Source of the DNA: a virus
Taxonomy: Duplodnaviria > Caudoviricetes
Direction: 5' to 3' (one strand)
Length of the DNA stretch: 39,806 nucleotides
IMG/VR virus record: IMGVR_UViG_3300014656_006081
Coordinates: 1 to 39,806 of that record
Shown: positions 27,438 to 35,954 of the stretch, one piece after another
Layout of the letters: every line of letters starts with the position of its first letter
How positions within the stretch are numbered: position 1 is the stretch's first letter
Translations under genes and position numbers: made by a program
The notes under the pieces: model-generated
The model's database searches: none
What the model was told of the DNA's origin: nothing
What the model saw: only the letters and a program-made list of their open reading frames with translations

Positions 27438-28433
27438 ATGGAAGCGAAACTGCACAAGCCCGCATTCCGCATCGTGGCCAATGGCGACGACATCACCGCG
27501 ACCATCCGCAAGCGGTTCATTTCCCTGTCCATCACCGACGAGGCCGGGATGCAGTCCGACAGCCTGTCACTGGTCCTGGACGACTCCCCGCCGCATATCA
27601 GGCTCCCGGCCCAGGGGGCGGAGCTGCGTGTCTGGCTCGGCTATGAGCCGTCGGTCCGGTTCATGGGGCTGTATGTGGTGGACGAGATCGGGCTGAGCCT
27701 ATCGCCGGCACGCATGACCATCAAGGCGGCGGGTGCGCCCTTTGAGAAAAGCACGGCCTACCGGGAGCTGCAAACACAGCAGACACGTTCCTGGACGCCG
27801 CGCACGGTGCGAGAATTGGTGGAAGCGATTGCCTCCGAGCATGGCCTGACGCCTGCGGTTGGCCCGGAGATCGGCAAGATTACATTGCCGCACGTGGACC
27901 AGATCAACGAATCAAATATGCACCTGCTGACGCGCCTGGCCATGGACATGGACGCCGTGGCCAAGGCCAATGGCGGGAGCTTGATCTTTGTGAAAAAGGG
28001 ACAGGGCCAGACCGCCTCCGGCAAGGAGCTGGAGCGGATCTCGCTCGTGCCCGGGGACGTCACCAGTTGCAGCGTGACCATCTCGGGCCGTCAAAATTAT
28101 AAGACCGTTGTGGCCACCTGGCGCGATGTAGACGCCGCCAGAGACGTGGAGGAATGCGCAGGCGAGGGCGAGCCCACCTGCCGGATTCGTCATGCCTTCC
28201 CGACACGAGACGCTGCTCAGCAGGCCGCACGCGCGAAGCTGGAGGCCTTCCAGCGTGGCAAGGCGAGCCTTTCCCTGAGTCTTCCTGGTCGCCCGGGGGT
28301 CATGGCGGAGAGTCGCCTTGTCCTGGGCGGTGGCTTCCGCGAGGGCATGGCCAGGGAATGGAGCGTGACGCGGGTGGTTCACAGCCTGGGTGGCGGTGGG
28401 CTGGTGTTGAGCATGGATGGGGAAGGGATTTAA
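27438..28433 (+). CDS. Baseplate hub / late control protein gpD
   Basis: ITDEAGMQSD, LGY, DQINES, VVHSL. Confidence 0.92.
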   Translation: MEAKLHKPAFRIVANGDDITATIRKRFISLSITDEAGMQSDSLSLVLDDSPPHIRLPAQGAELRVWLGYEPSVRFMGLYVVDEIGLSLSPARMTIKAAGAPFEKSTAYRELQTQQTRSWTPRTVRELVEAIASEHGLTPAVGPEIGKITLPHVDQINESNMHLLTRLAMDMDAVAKANGGSLIFVKKGQGQTASGKELERISLVPGDVTSCSVTISGRQNYKTVVATWRDVDAARDVEECAGEGEPTCRIRHAFPTRDAAQQAARAKLEAFQRGKASLSLSLPGRPGVMAESRLVLGGGFREGMAREWSVTRVVHSLGGGGLVLSMDGEGI

Positions 28434-28528
28434 GAATTTTGATTACCTACTCGGTTGTTGTGCTCCATCGGAATTGCTGACGTTAAAATTCGTCTAGTGT
28501 TTAGAAAAAAAATCAACTGAGCCGGGAG

Positions 28529-28634
28529 GTGACCAATGCGGTCGGCCTGCCCTGGGTTGAAGTAGTAGACGTCTTAGGAAGTTGGGGCATTATCATTCCA
28601 GTACAGGACTGAAAATTCCCCACCAAGGCTGGGG
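28529..28634 (+). pseudogene. Gene-end scar, copy 1 (VTNAVGLPWVEVVDVLGSWG) plus hairpin
   Basis: 33/47 ungapped identity of 28541-28587 to 29888-29934; 17/23 of 28593-28615 to 29936-29958; identical TCCCCACCAAGG. Confidence 0.65.
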
Positions 28635-28888
28635 TGATGCGTTTCGGATTCAATAGTATGCGCAGTTATGTCGGAAGTATTCTGGCCAAGTCTGGTGTAT
28701 CCATGAAGGTCATCCAGAGGATCCTGCACCACAAGTCGCTGGCCCACACCGAGAAAAATGTGCGTGGGCTTGGTGTTGACATGAGTAGCACCATCAGTAC
28801 GATTGAGCAGAGCATTGTCCTGGATGCTCCCACACAAGCACCCACGCAATTGCGCCTGGTGAATAGACTTTTGTGGGCATGTCTTTAG
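28634..28888 (+). pseudogene. Decayed C-terminal fragment of a tyrosine recombinase
   Basis: FNSMRSYVGSIL...IQRILHHKSLAHTEKNV fits the HxLRH...LGH...Y box with the first His and the catalytic Tyr replaced; no N-terminal part. Confidence 0.75.
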
Positions 28889-28914
28889 CCAGGGCAACAA
28901 GTAGCGAGGATCAT

Positions 28915-29784
28915 ATGTCGGATCATGATGTCTTATTCTATTTTGATGAGTCTGGTGATTTTGGGTATCTTGAAAAAGAGCCCAAACCGGGATCGTTTGG
29001 GGTTGTCGCAGGCTTTGCATTCCCCACTCGGCACTTAAGTGACTATTCAAGTGTACTAAACAAATTATACTCCAGTTTAGACAAAGAAAACTGTTCTAAA
29101 GTTAGGTCTGCATTTGTTTTTGTCGGAGACCGAAATGAAAGAGTGCTAAACGAATACTTAGAGTTCTTTCTGCATAGCGAGATATTGATAGTCTATGAAG
29201 CTATTTGCCTATCTGGTGCTTATATTAACATGCAAGAAAGTGAATTCATAAAACAGAAATTTTCTGTGCCTAAGAATGATAACTTCGTTAGAGTGACTAA
29301 ATCACAGCAAAATGACATCTATCATTCTGTTTTTGAGCGAGTGGTAATAAAATTAGACGAGATATGTAAGATCGAAGGTGATCACTCATCAGAAATGATT
29401 TCAGACAATATGGATAAATCAATCCTGCGGAAGGCAAGACAGAAGATCACCCACCTTTCCAAAGATCAGCATGTTTATACATACAAGGCAATTGATAAAC
29501 AAGAGAAGAAGGAAATTAAGACATCAATAGTGTTTAAATGTGACTATCCGGATTTGGCAGTGCAACATGTCAAGGGGTTAAGTCTGACAGACGACGTAGC
29601 AATGACCTTTGCAGCAGACTTGATTGCCAATTCAATATATCGACATTTAAAAATGAAAATTTTTGTGGGTAAAGAAAACGCATTGCACTCTCATGCAATG
29701 ATGCAAGATCATTATCTTGTTAATAGAATAGTATTTTTGAGCGATGATGACATGACAGATAAACTCTATAACCATAAGTGTTAA
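28915..29784 (+). CDS. DUF3800-family protein (RNase H-like acidic motifs)
   Basis: FYFDESGD at the N-terminus, MISD, FAADLIANSIYR at the C-terminus; GAGGA RBS; low GC. Confidence 0.75.
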   Translation: MSDHDVLFYFDESGDFGYLEKEPKPGSFGVVAGFAFPTRHLSDYSSVLNKLYSSLDKENCSKVRSAFVFVGDRNERVLNEYLEFFLHSEILIVYEAICLSGAYINMQESEFIKQKFSVPKNDNFVRVTKSQQNDIYHSVFERVVIKLDEICKIEGDHSSEMISDNMDKSILRKARQKITHLSKDQHVYTYKAIDKQEKKEIKTSIVFKCDYPDLAVQHVKGLSLTDDVAMTFAADLIANSIYRHLKMKIFVGKENALHSHAMMQDHYLVNRIVFLSDDDMTDKLYNHKC

Positions 29785-29798
29785 ACCTCGCTCAATAG

Positions 29799-29838
29799 TC
29801 CCACACAACTCCCCACTCACCTGCGCATGGTGAAGTAA
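29799..29838 (+). repeat. Second copy of the recombinase 3' end
   Basis: 29/36 identity to 28828-28863; PTQLPTHLRMVK versus PTQAPTQLRLVN. Confidence 0.75.
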
Positions 29839-29875
29839 ATCCTTAACGACGACAAAGCATTATCTTTTAACCTAT

Positions 29876-30013
29876 TTGATCAACGTCGTCGGATTGCCCT
29901 TGGCTCGTGTGTTAGAAGTCTAAGCATCTTGGGGGTCGTTCCAAGGCAAGGCTGAAAAATTGTACATTCGCGGTATGTTCCAGATAAACTCCCCACCAAG
30001 GGTGTGCCTGGGG
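29876..30013 (+). pseudogene. Gene-end scar, copy 2 (LINVVGLPLARVLEV*ASWG) plus hairpin
   Basis: Homologous to 28529-28634; contains an internal stop and a frameshift. Confidence 0.65.
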
Positions 30014-30045
30014 CAATGACTACAAATAGTTGCAGCTCAAAATAG

Positions 30046-30105
30046 CTGATCAACGTGGTTGGACTACCCTCGATGGTGGTGTTTGAAATGCTGAAGGTGA
30101 AGTAA
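30046..30105 (+). pseudogene. Gene-end scar, copy 3 (LINVVGLPSMVVFEMLKVK)
   Basis: First eight codons give the same peptide as copy 2 with only synonymous differences. Confidence 0.65.
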
Positions 30106-30119
30106 GGAATGATTTCTCA

Positions 30120-31649
30120 TTATGACTTACGCAAAAGAACACCCTCAACGTCCTGTCTAGATATATAGACGCCATGAACTCGTGTCGTTGGGTTGTTGGT
30201 TGTTTTTATCAGCATGTCCCCTGCTCCAAGTAGTGTTTCAGCGCCAGTTTCGTCAAGGATGATGGATGATTCTGTGCGTTTCTGTACTGTCAACGCTATA
30301 CGGGCTGGGATGTTACTGCGAATAAGACCACTGAACGTTTTTGCATCGGGACGTTGCGTTGCCATTACCAAATGGATGCCTGCGGCACGAGCTAGTTGGG
30401 CAAGTCGGACGATACTTTGTTCGAGGTCGTGGTCTTGGAGTACTAAGTCTGCCAATTCTTCGATAACAACCACGATATAAGGTAAGTTGACGCCCTTTTT
30501 TCGAGCTTCCTTTATGTTGGTAACATGTAACCCCTCAAGCATCGAATATCTTCGGTCCATTTCCTCGACCAAGTCCATAAGACGTTCTTTAGACGGGTCG
30601 TTTCCTGTGGCGACATCTCCACCGTAGAGGTATTTTGATCCTCTATAGACAGAGAGCTCCACTTGTTTGGGGTCAAGGAGTGCTAGTTGCAAATTATCAG
30701 GCGAATGCTGTAAAATTAGAGACAGGATCAGTGCATGAAGGCATACACTTTTACCCTGTCCGGTGGCTCCACCAACCAAAAGGTGTGGTGCTTCAGCTAA
30801 ATCAAAGGAAAAGGGTATCCCCATGGCATTAACACCTGGAAAGACGAGTAAACGATCTTGGTCATGTGGAATTGTCTGAATCCACTTGTCGAGCTGATCA
30901 AATGAATTATAAATCCAGGTTTTTTTGGGGCGCGGGATGTCTAAGAAAACAGTCTTGGCTTCGTCCCCATGACTCAAACTAGGACGTGCCTGCTGGAGAC
31001 TGAGTAGCAAGCTGAGTCGCTCAAGCCCTTTTTTCAGTTTGTCTAGTTGGTTTACATCCGACATCAGCACTTTATAGCGGGTGACTCGTGGGCCATGGAT
31101 GGTGTCTTTCACCTCAACTTTAACGCCGATGTCGGCGAGCGCCTTGACCAGTTGAGTGGAGATATCTTGTGGTGCGTCAACAGTCGTTGGCTCGGGCGTC
31201 GTGGTTGGCTCTGGTGCTGTTTCTGGAAGTTCGGCTCGGCGATTAATCAGTGTCTCCAAGAAACGGTCGAAATCTTCATCCTGAGATTGCCAATCCTCCA
31301 TTAGTAGGGTCACGCCGCGGTGCCAGTGATGTCGAATCTGGTTGCGGAAGGTGTCCATGGCTTCAATCGGCACATTGCTGTACATGATAGAATGAGTGAC
31401 TAGCATGCCAATCCATATGGGTACATCTTGCTGGGTGAACAATGAAGTTCCAGGAATCTCAAGGCCTTTTGCATCGATATTGTCTCCGCTTATGGCCCCG
31501 AGGGCAAGAGAGCGGCCGATTGCTAACCTCGCAACGCTGGCTTTGGTGGATAAGCCTAACACGTCCATTAAAGACATAGTAAATTCGTCTGCAGTTTTAC
31601 TAGTGCGGTATCGAGCACTCAGAATCTGCTGAATAGATAATCCGCTCAT
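30120..31649 (-). CDS. DndE-like domain fused to an FtsK/SpoIIIE motor
   Basis: N-terminal RYRTS...ASVARLAIGRSL...HWHRGV (DndE-like); Pro/Thr linker; HGPRVTRY, PHLLVGGATGQGKS, LLDPK, VVIEELAD, RAAGIHLVMATQRP, LLGAGDML. Confidence 0.85.
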   Translation of the reverse strand: MSGLSIQQILSARYRTSKTADEFTMSLMDVLGLSTKASVARLAIGRSLALGAISGDNIDAKGLEIPGTSLFTQQDVPIWIGMLVTHSIMYSNVPIEAMDTFRNQIRHHWHRGVTLLMEDWQSQDEDFDRFLETLINRRAELPETAPEPTTTPEPTTVDAPQDISTQLVKALADIGVKVEVKDTIHGPRVTRYKVLMSDVNQLDKLKKGLERLSLLLSLQQARPSLSHGDEAKTVFLDIPRPKKTWIYNSFDQLDKWIQTIPHDQDRLLVFPGVNAMGIPFSFDLAEAPHLLVGGATGQGKSVCLHALILSLILQHSPDNLQLALLDPKQVELSVYRGSKYLYGGDVATGNDPSKERLMDLVEEMDRRYSMLEGLHVTNIKEARKKGVNLPYIVVVIEELADLVLQDHDLEQSIVRLAQLARAAGIHLVMATQRPDAKTFSGLIRSNIPARIALTVQKRTESSIILDETGAETLLGAGDMLIKTTNNPTTRVHGVYISRQDVEGVLLRKS

Positions 31650-33718
31650 TGCCTTTTTCCTTCAAAATAGCAGCCTTCTTTGGCCGTAGTCCTACCTATG
31701 CCATCCCCTACATCTTGATACTCAAGGAGGTAAGTTTTAATGACACTTCCCTTGATTTGCTGGAAAAAATCGTAGTGGATTTCTTCGTCTTGGGAGAGAA
31801 GGATGACTTGACGTTGCTTGTCGTCTGTCCAGAAATTGAGAATATTTAGTCGATGTGTGCTGTCAAGGCGGCCCAGGGGGGTGTCTACGACCATAGGGGC
31901 GTTGACTCCAGAAACTTGCGCGAGGCCTGCGAGAAGTGCCGTAGCGAAGATTTGGTTTTCGCCTGCCGAACGATCAAAAGTAATTTCTTTATTGGATTTT
32001 CCGAGAATGCGAGATTGACCGTTGTCTAAGATTTCGATCTTAGCCACTTGGTCTTTGTGCGCAAGTTGCTTGTAAAATTTTGTCATTGCGGCTCCCAGTT
32101 CTTTGACCTTAAGTGGGAAGAGAGCCGGAATTAATTGATCAATCACTTTTCGTACGCGTTCTGATTTCTCAATGATAGTGCGAGCAGGGCTGGAGTCGTC
32201 CAGTTTTTTCTTTTCTCTTTCGTATTCAGCTTTTTGTGAAGACACTTTAGCTTCAAGAGCGATTCCAGCTCTGTCATCAATTCTCATTTGCTCTTGCAGA
32301 TGGTCAAGTCGGTCTTGGATTTCTTTTAACTCGTCTTTAAGGGTGGCAAGCGTGCCGTCTCGATCAATTCCTTCTATTTTGTAGATCCTTCTGGCAAGTT
32401 CATCGATGTGCTTGGATAGCTGCTTTTCCTCGCGCAAGAGAGAATGAATTTCTTGGCGACCAAGAGATATACTGTCCATGAACTCCAAAATCTTATGGCG
32501 TAATAATTCATGTAGATAACTGTGGATGATTACAGTAGCACAGTCTTCCGGTGGAGGGTAGAAAAGGCTAGCCCACGCAGAATCAATGCGTTGATGAATG
32601 GCTTCAACCTGTGCCTCAGTAAGATTTGGATTGATCTCAGGTGTTCTTTCATTGTTGAAGGCTGTTTTGAACTCAATTTTACGAGGTTCTAATGAACCTT
32701 TGTCTGCTTCCCATTTATAATAACGAATTTCCCCTTCAATTTGATTTTTGAATTTGTTCAAAATATCTTTAGATGCTAAGTGGAAGGGGAGTCGACCAGT
32801 AAGCAATTCTTCTAATTTTTTCCGACACTCTTTTATTTTATTTCTAAATTGCTCTCGCTCTTCAACCAAGTCTTTTACAGTAGCGATATCACCACCTCCG
32901 CCTCCAATTGTAGTGATGCGGTTTAGCAATGACTCGCGTTCAATTCTTAGCTCGGATTCCTTTTCTGTGGCGATAAAGATCTTTTCACGCGACGTGTTTA
33001 GTGACGCCTGGTCTTCCAATAATGTATCTAATAACTTATTCAGCTTGTTTTCATCAACAGTTACAACGCCGTTACGTTTTTGACCTGCAAAAGTGCGAAG
33101 CCGGTCGGAAAGCATCCGGAGAAGAACCACGCCAAGTAGTCCTTCGAGTCCTTGCTTCACTTGCTCCACGCGGCCTTGATCCGCCAGTTTTTTCACTTCT
33201 TCGCCATCAAAAAAGAAAAAAGGAGCAATGTGCGCGGGTACAAAAAAATCATCCAACATGTCTGAAAGATGAAAATTGTTTCTACCATCGAGTTTTGGAG
33301 TGCCTGGCACATCTCGGTCCAACTCGCGAACTACGGTTTCTTCTTCAGCAGTCCACGTCCCATTAGAGCGAAAGTACCACTTTCGTGAAATATCAAAGGC
33401 CACTGTCTTGGTCTTGTTAATGACGACTCGGAGCATCATCATGTCGCTTCCCTTGCGAAAAGCTTCACCATTGAAGGCGCGTTCCAAAAAAGTTGGATAA
33501 CCTTTCAAATCTTCAGTTTTTAGTCCGGCGCGGGCCAAGTGGTTTATGGCGTCTTTACCATAAAGGCAGAGGTATAGGGCTTCTAAAATTGAAGTTTTGC
33601 CATACCCATTCATGCCTCCAATGAGGACAATATTTTTACCGTCACACGCTTCTGGGAAGGTAAAGACTTGGTGTTCGTAAGACTTAAAGTTGGTCAGTTC
33701 AATTTTAGATATCCACAT
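31646..33718 (-). CDS. dndD: DndD-like SMC/ABC ATPase
   Basis: GGMNGYGKTS, FFFFDGE, long coiled coil, SAGENQI, VVDTPLGRLDSTHR, QVILLSQDEE. Confidence 0.92.
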   Translation of the reverse strand: MWISKIELTNFKSYEHQVFTFPEACDGKNIVLIGGMNGYGKTSILEALYLCLYGKDAINHLARAGLKTEDLKGYPTFLERAFNGEAFRKGSDMMMLRVVINKTKTVAFDISRKWYFRSNGTWTAEEETVVRELDRDVPGTPKLDGRNNFHLSDMLDDFFVPAHIAPFFFFDGEEVKKLADQGRVEQVKQGLEGLLGVVLLRMLSDRLRTFAGQKRNGVVTVDENKLNKLLDTLLEDQASLNTSREKIFIATEKESELRIERESLLNRITTIGGGGGDIATVKDLVEEREQFRNKIKECRKKLEELLTGRLPFHLASKDILNKFKNQIEGEIRYYKWEADKGSLEPRKIEFKTAFNNERTPEINPNLTEAQVEAIHQRIDSAWASLFYPPPEDCATVIIHSYLHELLRHKILEFMDSISLGRQEIHSLLREEKQLSKHIDELARRIYKIEGIDRDGTLATLKDELKEIQDRLDHLQEQMRIDDRAGIALEAKVSSQKAEYEREKKKLDDSSPARTIIEKSERVRKVIDQLIPALFPLKVKELGAAMTKFYKQLAHKDQVAKIEILDNGQSRILGKSNKEITFDRSAGENQIFATALLAGLAQVSGVNAPMVVDTPLGRLDSTHRLNILNFWTDDKQRQVILLSQDEEIHYDFFQQIKGSVIKTYLLEYQDVGDGIGRTTAKEGCYFEGKRQ

Positions 33719-33739
33719 AGTCGTTCCCCAAGTCGGTGG

Positions 33740-33940
33740 TTAGTCGATCAGACCAAGTATTTCTTCAATTCGGGGGTAAATGCCCGCAGCTCGTTCTTGG
33801 TGCTGGCGTTCTCGTTGGAGCATGACCAACTGTGTGATTACTTCCACGGGGACGTTGGCCTCCTTGCATATATTCTCAAGGATTGTATGGGCTTCGTCAT
33901 CGGCCCAAAGTGGAAGGTCGTTTAAGTAAGAACTATCCAT
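33740..33940 (-). CDS. 66-aa dnd-associated small protein
   Basis: ATG overlaps the end of dndC, purine-rich RBS; ILENICKEANVP...IEEIL. Confidence 0.75.
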   Translation of the reverse strand: MDSSYLNDLPLWADDEAHTILENICKEANVPVEVITQLVMLQRERQHQERAAGIYPRIEEILGLID

Positions 33941-35090
33941 TGGCCAGTCCCTTCTCTTCCTGGAGCTCTGTTGCCCAGTGTTGATGGATGAGGTCAATTT
34001 CTTCAGCCGAAATTAATTGGTGCCCATAGGCCTTCTGAACTAATAGTAGGCGGTCAAGAATTTGTTTTCGCGCTTGGATGGTGAATGGTCCAGGGATATG
34101 ATTACCAGTTGCTCCGAATGTCAGTTTTCCATTGCGACGTATAGCTTGCCGCATGGTTAGGTCATTTCGAATTGCCCTAAGCCAGTCTCGGAAGTCGACA
34201 AGTGGTACGTATTGGTGTTTTCCAGCATCAACAAAGCCTTGAAGACTTTTGTCTTTTTCAACTACCGTACAGGTCCAGCAGCCAAATCTACTACTGGTCG
34301 TGCCGCAACCTGCAGCCTCATCAGAGGTGAGCATAACTGGGCATTCTCCACCTTTTGCATCTTTATAAAGCTGAACGAGATCAGCGTGTGATCCTCCCCA
34401 AGGTGCGTGGTAGCTCAAAAGTATTTCCCATATATCAGCTGTTGTTAGGTCGACAATTGGGCGATAAATATAAGCACCTGGGAGTTTTTCGTGTTCCGTG
34501 AGTCGTCCACCTCTGATGTTCCTGTATTTGTCGATGGATCGACGCCGGGAACTGCTCTCGTCACGTCGAACTCCCAGTACGACAATTACTGCACCTGATC
34601 GTGAAACTTGTTCTTTGATAAAACCGTTGGTCGGGAGGATTTTTAAACGATCAGTGCACCAACGCATTGTAGAGTTGGGGCTTGGGTAACCTTTTCCGAT
34701 GAGAAGTACCCAAAAGGAGTGATGGATATCGGGTTTTGTTCTAGCTACTGTGATTGGAAGGCCCAGGCTGCGTGCTGCCTCATCAATCCGACTTGTTACA
34801 TTATCCAAGTGGTTGATTACCAGAGGGCTTTCCACAAGCGTGTCGTTAGAAACTAAGTAAATATGTCGGGTGCGCTTGAATGGGGAGACCTCGAGGATAG
34901 CTTCAAATACGGCATGGGCAACTACTGTGCTGTCTTTGCCTCCAGAGAAGCCAATAACCCAAGGGTGGTTGTTTGTTGGATCAAGGTATTCTTCCTTGAT
35001 TTCATCAATAACCGTTCTCCAGCATTCATCAATAGGGAGGCCATCGATGGTCCCTTGGAGATTTTCTTCAATATTGCATGCGTGATTCAA
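33933..35090 (-). CDS. dndC: DndC-like sulfurtransferase (PAPS reductase family)
   Basis: PWVIGFSGGKDS PP-loop, NDTLVESP, GYPSP, RWCTDRLKI, GECP, SRFGCWTCTVV; TTG start uncertain. Confidence 0.93.
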   Translation of the reverse strand: MNHACNIEENLQGTIDGLPIDECWRTVIDEIKEEYLDPTNNHPWVIGFSGGKDSTVVAHAVFEAILEVSPFKRTRHIYLVSNDTLVESPLVINHLDNVTSRIDEAARSLGLPITVARTKPDIHHSFWVLLIGKGYPSPNSTMRWCTDRLKILPTNGFIKEQVSRSGAVIVVLGVRRDESSSRRRSIDKYRNIRGGRLTEHEKLPGAYIYRPIVDLTTADIWEILLSYHAPWGGSHADLVQLYKDAKGGECPVMLTSDEAAGCGTTSSRFGCWTCTVVEKDKSLQGFVDAGKHQYVPLVDFRDWLRAIRNDLTMRQAIRRNGKLTFGATGNHIPGPFTIQARKQILDRLLLVQKAYGHQLISAEEIDLIHQHWATELQEEKGLANG

Positions 35091-35409
35091 CGGTTTCTCG
35101 CTATTGTCTGGCTAAAAAAGGGGTGAAGTCTTCAACCCCTGAGTGGTTACCTCGTTCGATATGAAAACTCAAGATAAAGGGGCTCGTTTGAAGGCCAACT
35201 GGCGTTTGTCCAGAGAGGAAAGGGGCAAACGGTAATGTCATTAGTTGGCTCACCTGTCGTCAATGGCAGAAAAAAAAACCCGGTGAATATCTGTTGGTTT
35301 GTGTACTCTCGTGCCTTAGTAGGATATATCGGTTTGCCATTGTGAGTTGTTCAAAAAAGAGGCGTCAGTGTCCCGCGTGGGATGCCGTCGCCTTTGCATT
35401 TACCTGCTA

Positions 35410-35844
35410 TTAGCGTGAGCCGTCGTCGGTGCCTGTGGCGGGTTTCAGTGGAGATCTACCTCCCCCGATGTAATCGAGCAGAGCCTGCTTGATTTCTTCC
35501 TCACTGGTTTCAACCGATTTGAGCGCTGCCTTGATGTCTGCGAGTTCCTTTCCCAGCTCGGTCTTTGTCCCGGCGTCTTCGTTTCTGGGCTGCTCCTGTT
35601 CGTCTCGGAACATGGGGCCTTCGCCAAGAACAAGCCAGTTCATATCAATTCGATATTTCTCGGCCCATTTCGACAGAACAAGCATTGAAGGCTGACTTTC
35701 AGCCTTCAAGTAGGCTGTGACTGTTGGCGCTTGGATTTCTGCAATAGCAGCGAGTTCTTTTTGTTCTACGCCGAGCTCAACGATAACATCCCTTAGTCTT
35801 TGACTAAATGGCTGGAGCTCGGGTTTTCTTGTTTTAGGGGGCAT
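35410..35844 (-). CDS. XRE-family phage repressor (cI-like, no S24 peptidase)
   Basis: FSQRLR, QKELA HTH, NWLVLGEGPMF; divergent from a cro-like gene. Confidence 0.85.
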   Translation of the reverse strand: MPPKTRKPELQPFSQRLRDVIVELGVEQKELAAIAEIQAPTVTAYLKAESQPSMLVLSKWAEKYRIDMNWLVLGEGPMFRDEQEQPRNEDAGTKTELGKELADIKAALKSVETSEEEIKQALLDYIGGGRSPLKPATGTDDGSR

Positions 35845-35910
35845 ATAAAAATTCTACTTTCAATTAGATTTATACTTGCTCAGTTAGACTTTTCAGAGTA
35901 TCACTTCACT
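35845..35910. promoter_or_regulatory. Divergent cI/cro promoter region
   Basis: Minus strand TAGAAT (35856-35851) 6 nt before the cI ATG; plus strand TTGCTC-17 bp-TATCAC (35876-35904); repeated CA(A/G)TTAGA(T/C)TT boxes. Confidence 0.55.
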
Positions 35911-35954
35911 TGACGACTGGGTGAAACAGCAAACGCCAGCTCTGGAGACCATTT

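Noticed and set aside
28541-30013. Repeats as integron attC sites
   Set aside because: No paired RYYYAAC/GTTRRRY ends around the repeats, no IntI, and a synonymous substitution pattern that favours coding remnants; GTTAAAC at 29780 is probably chance
30120-31649. Housekeeping cell-division FtsK
   Set aside because: No transmembrane N-terminus, no gamma domain, and it overlaps dndD
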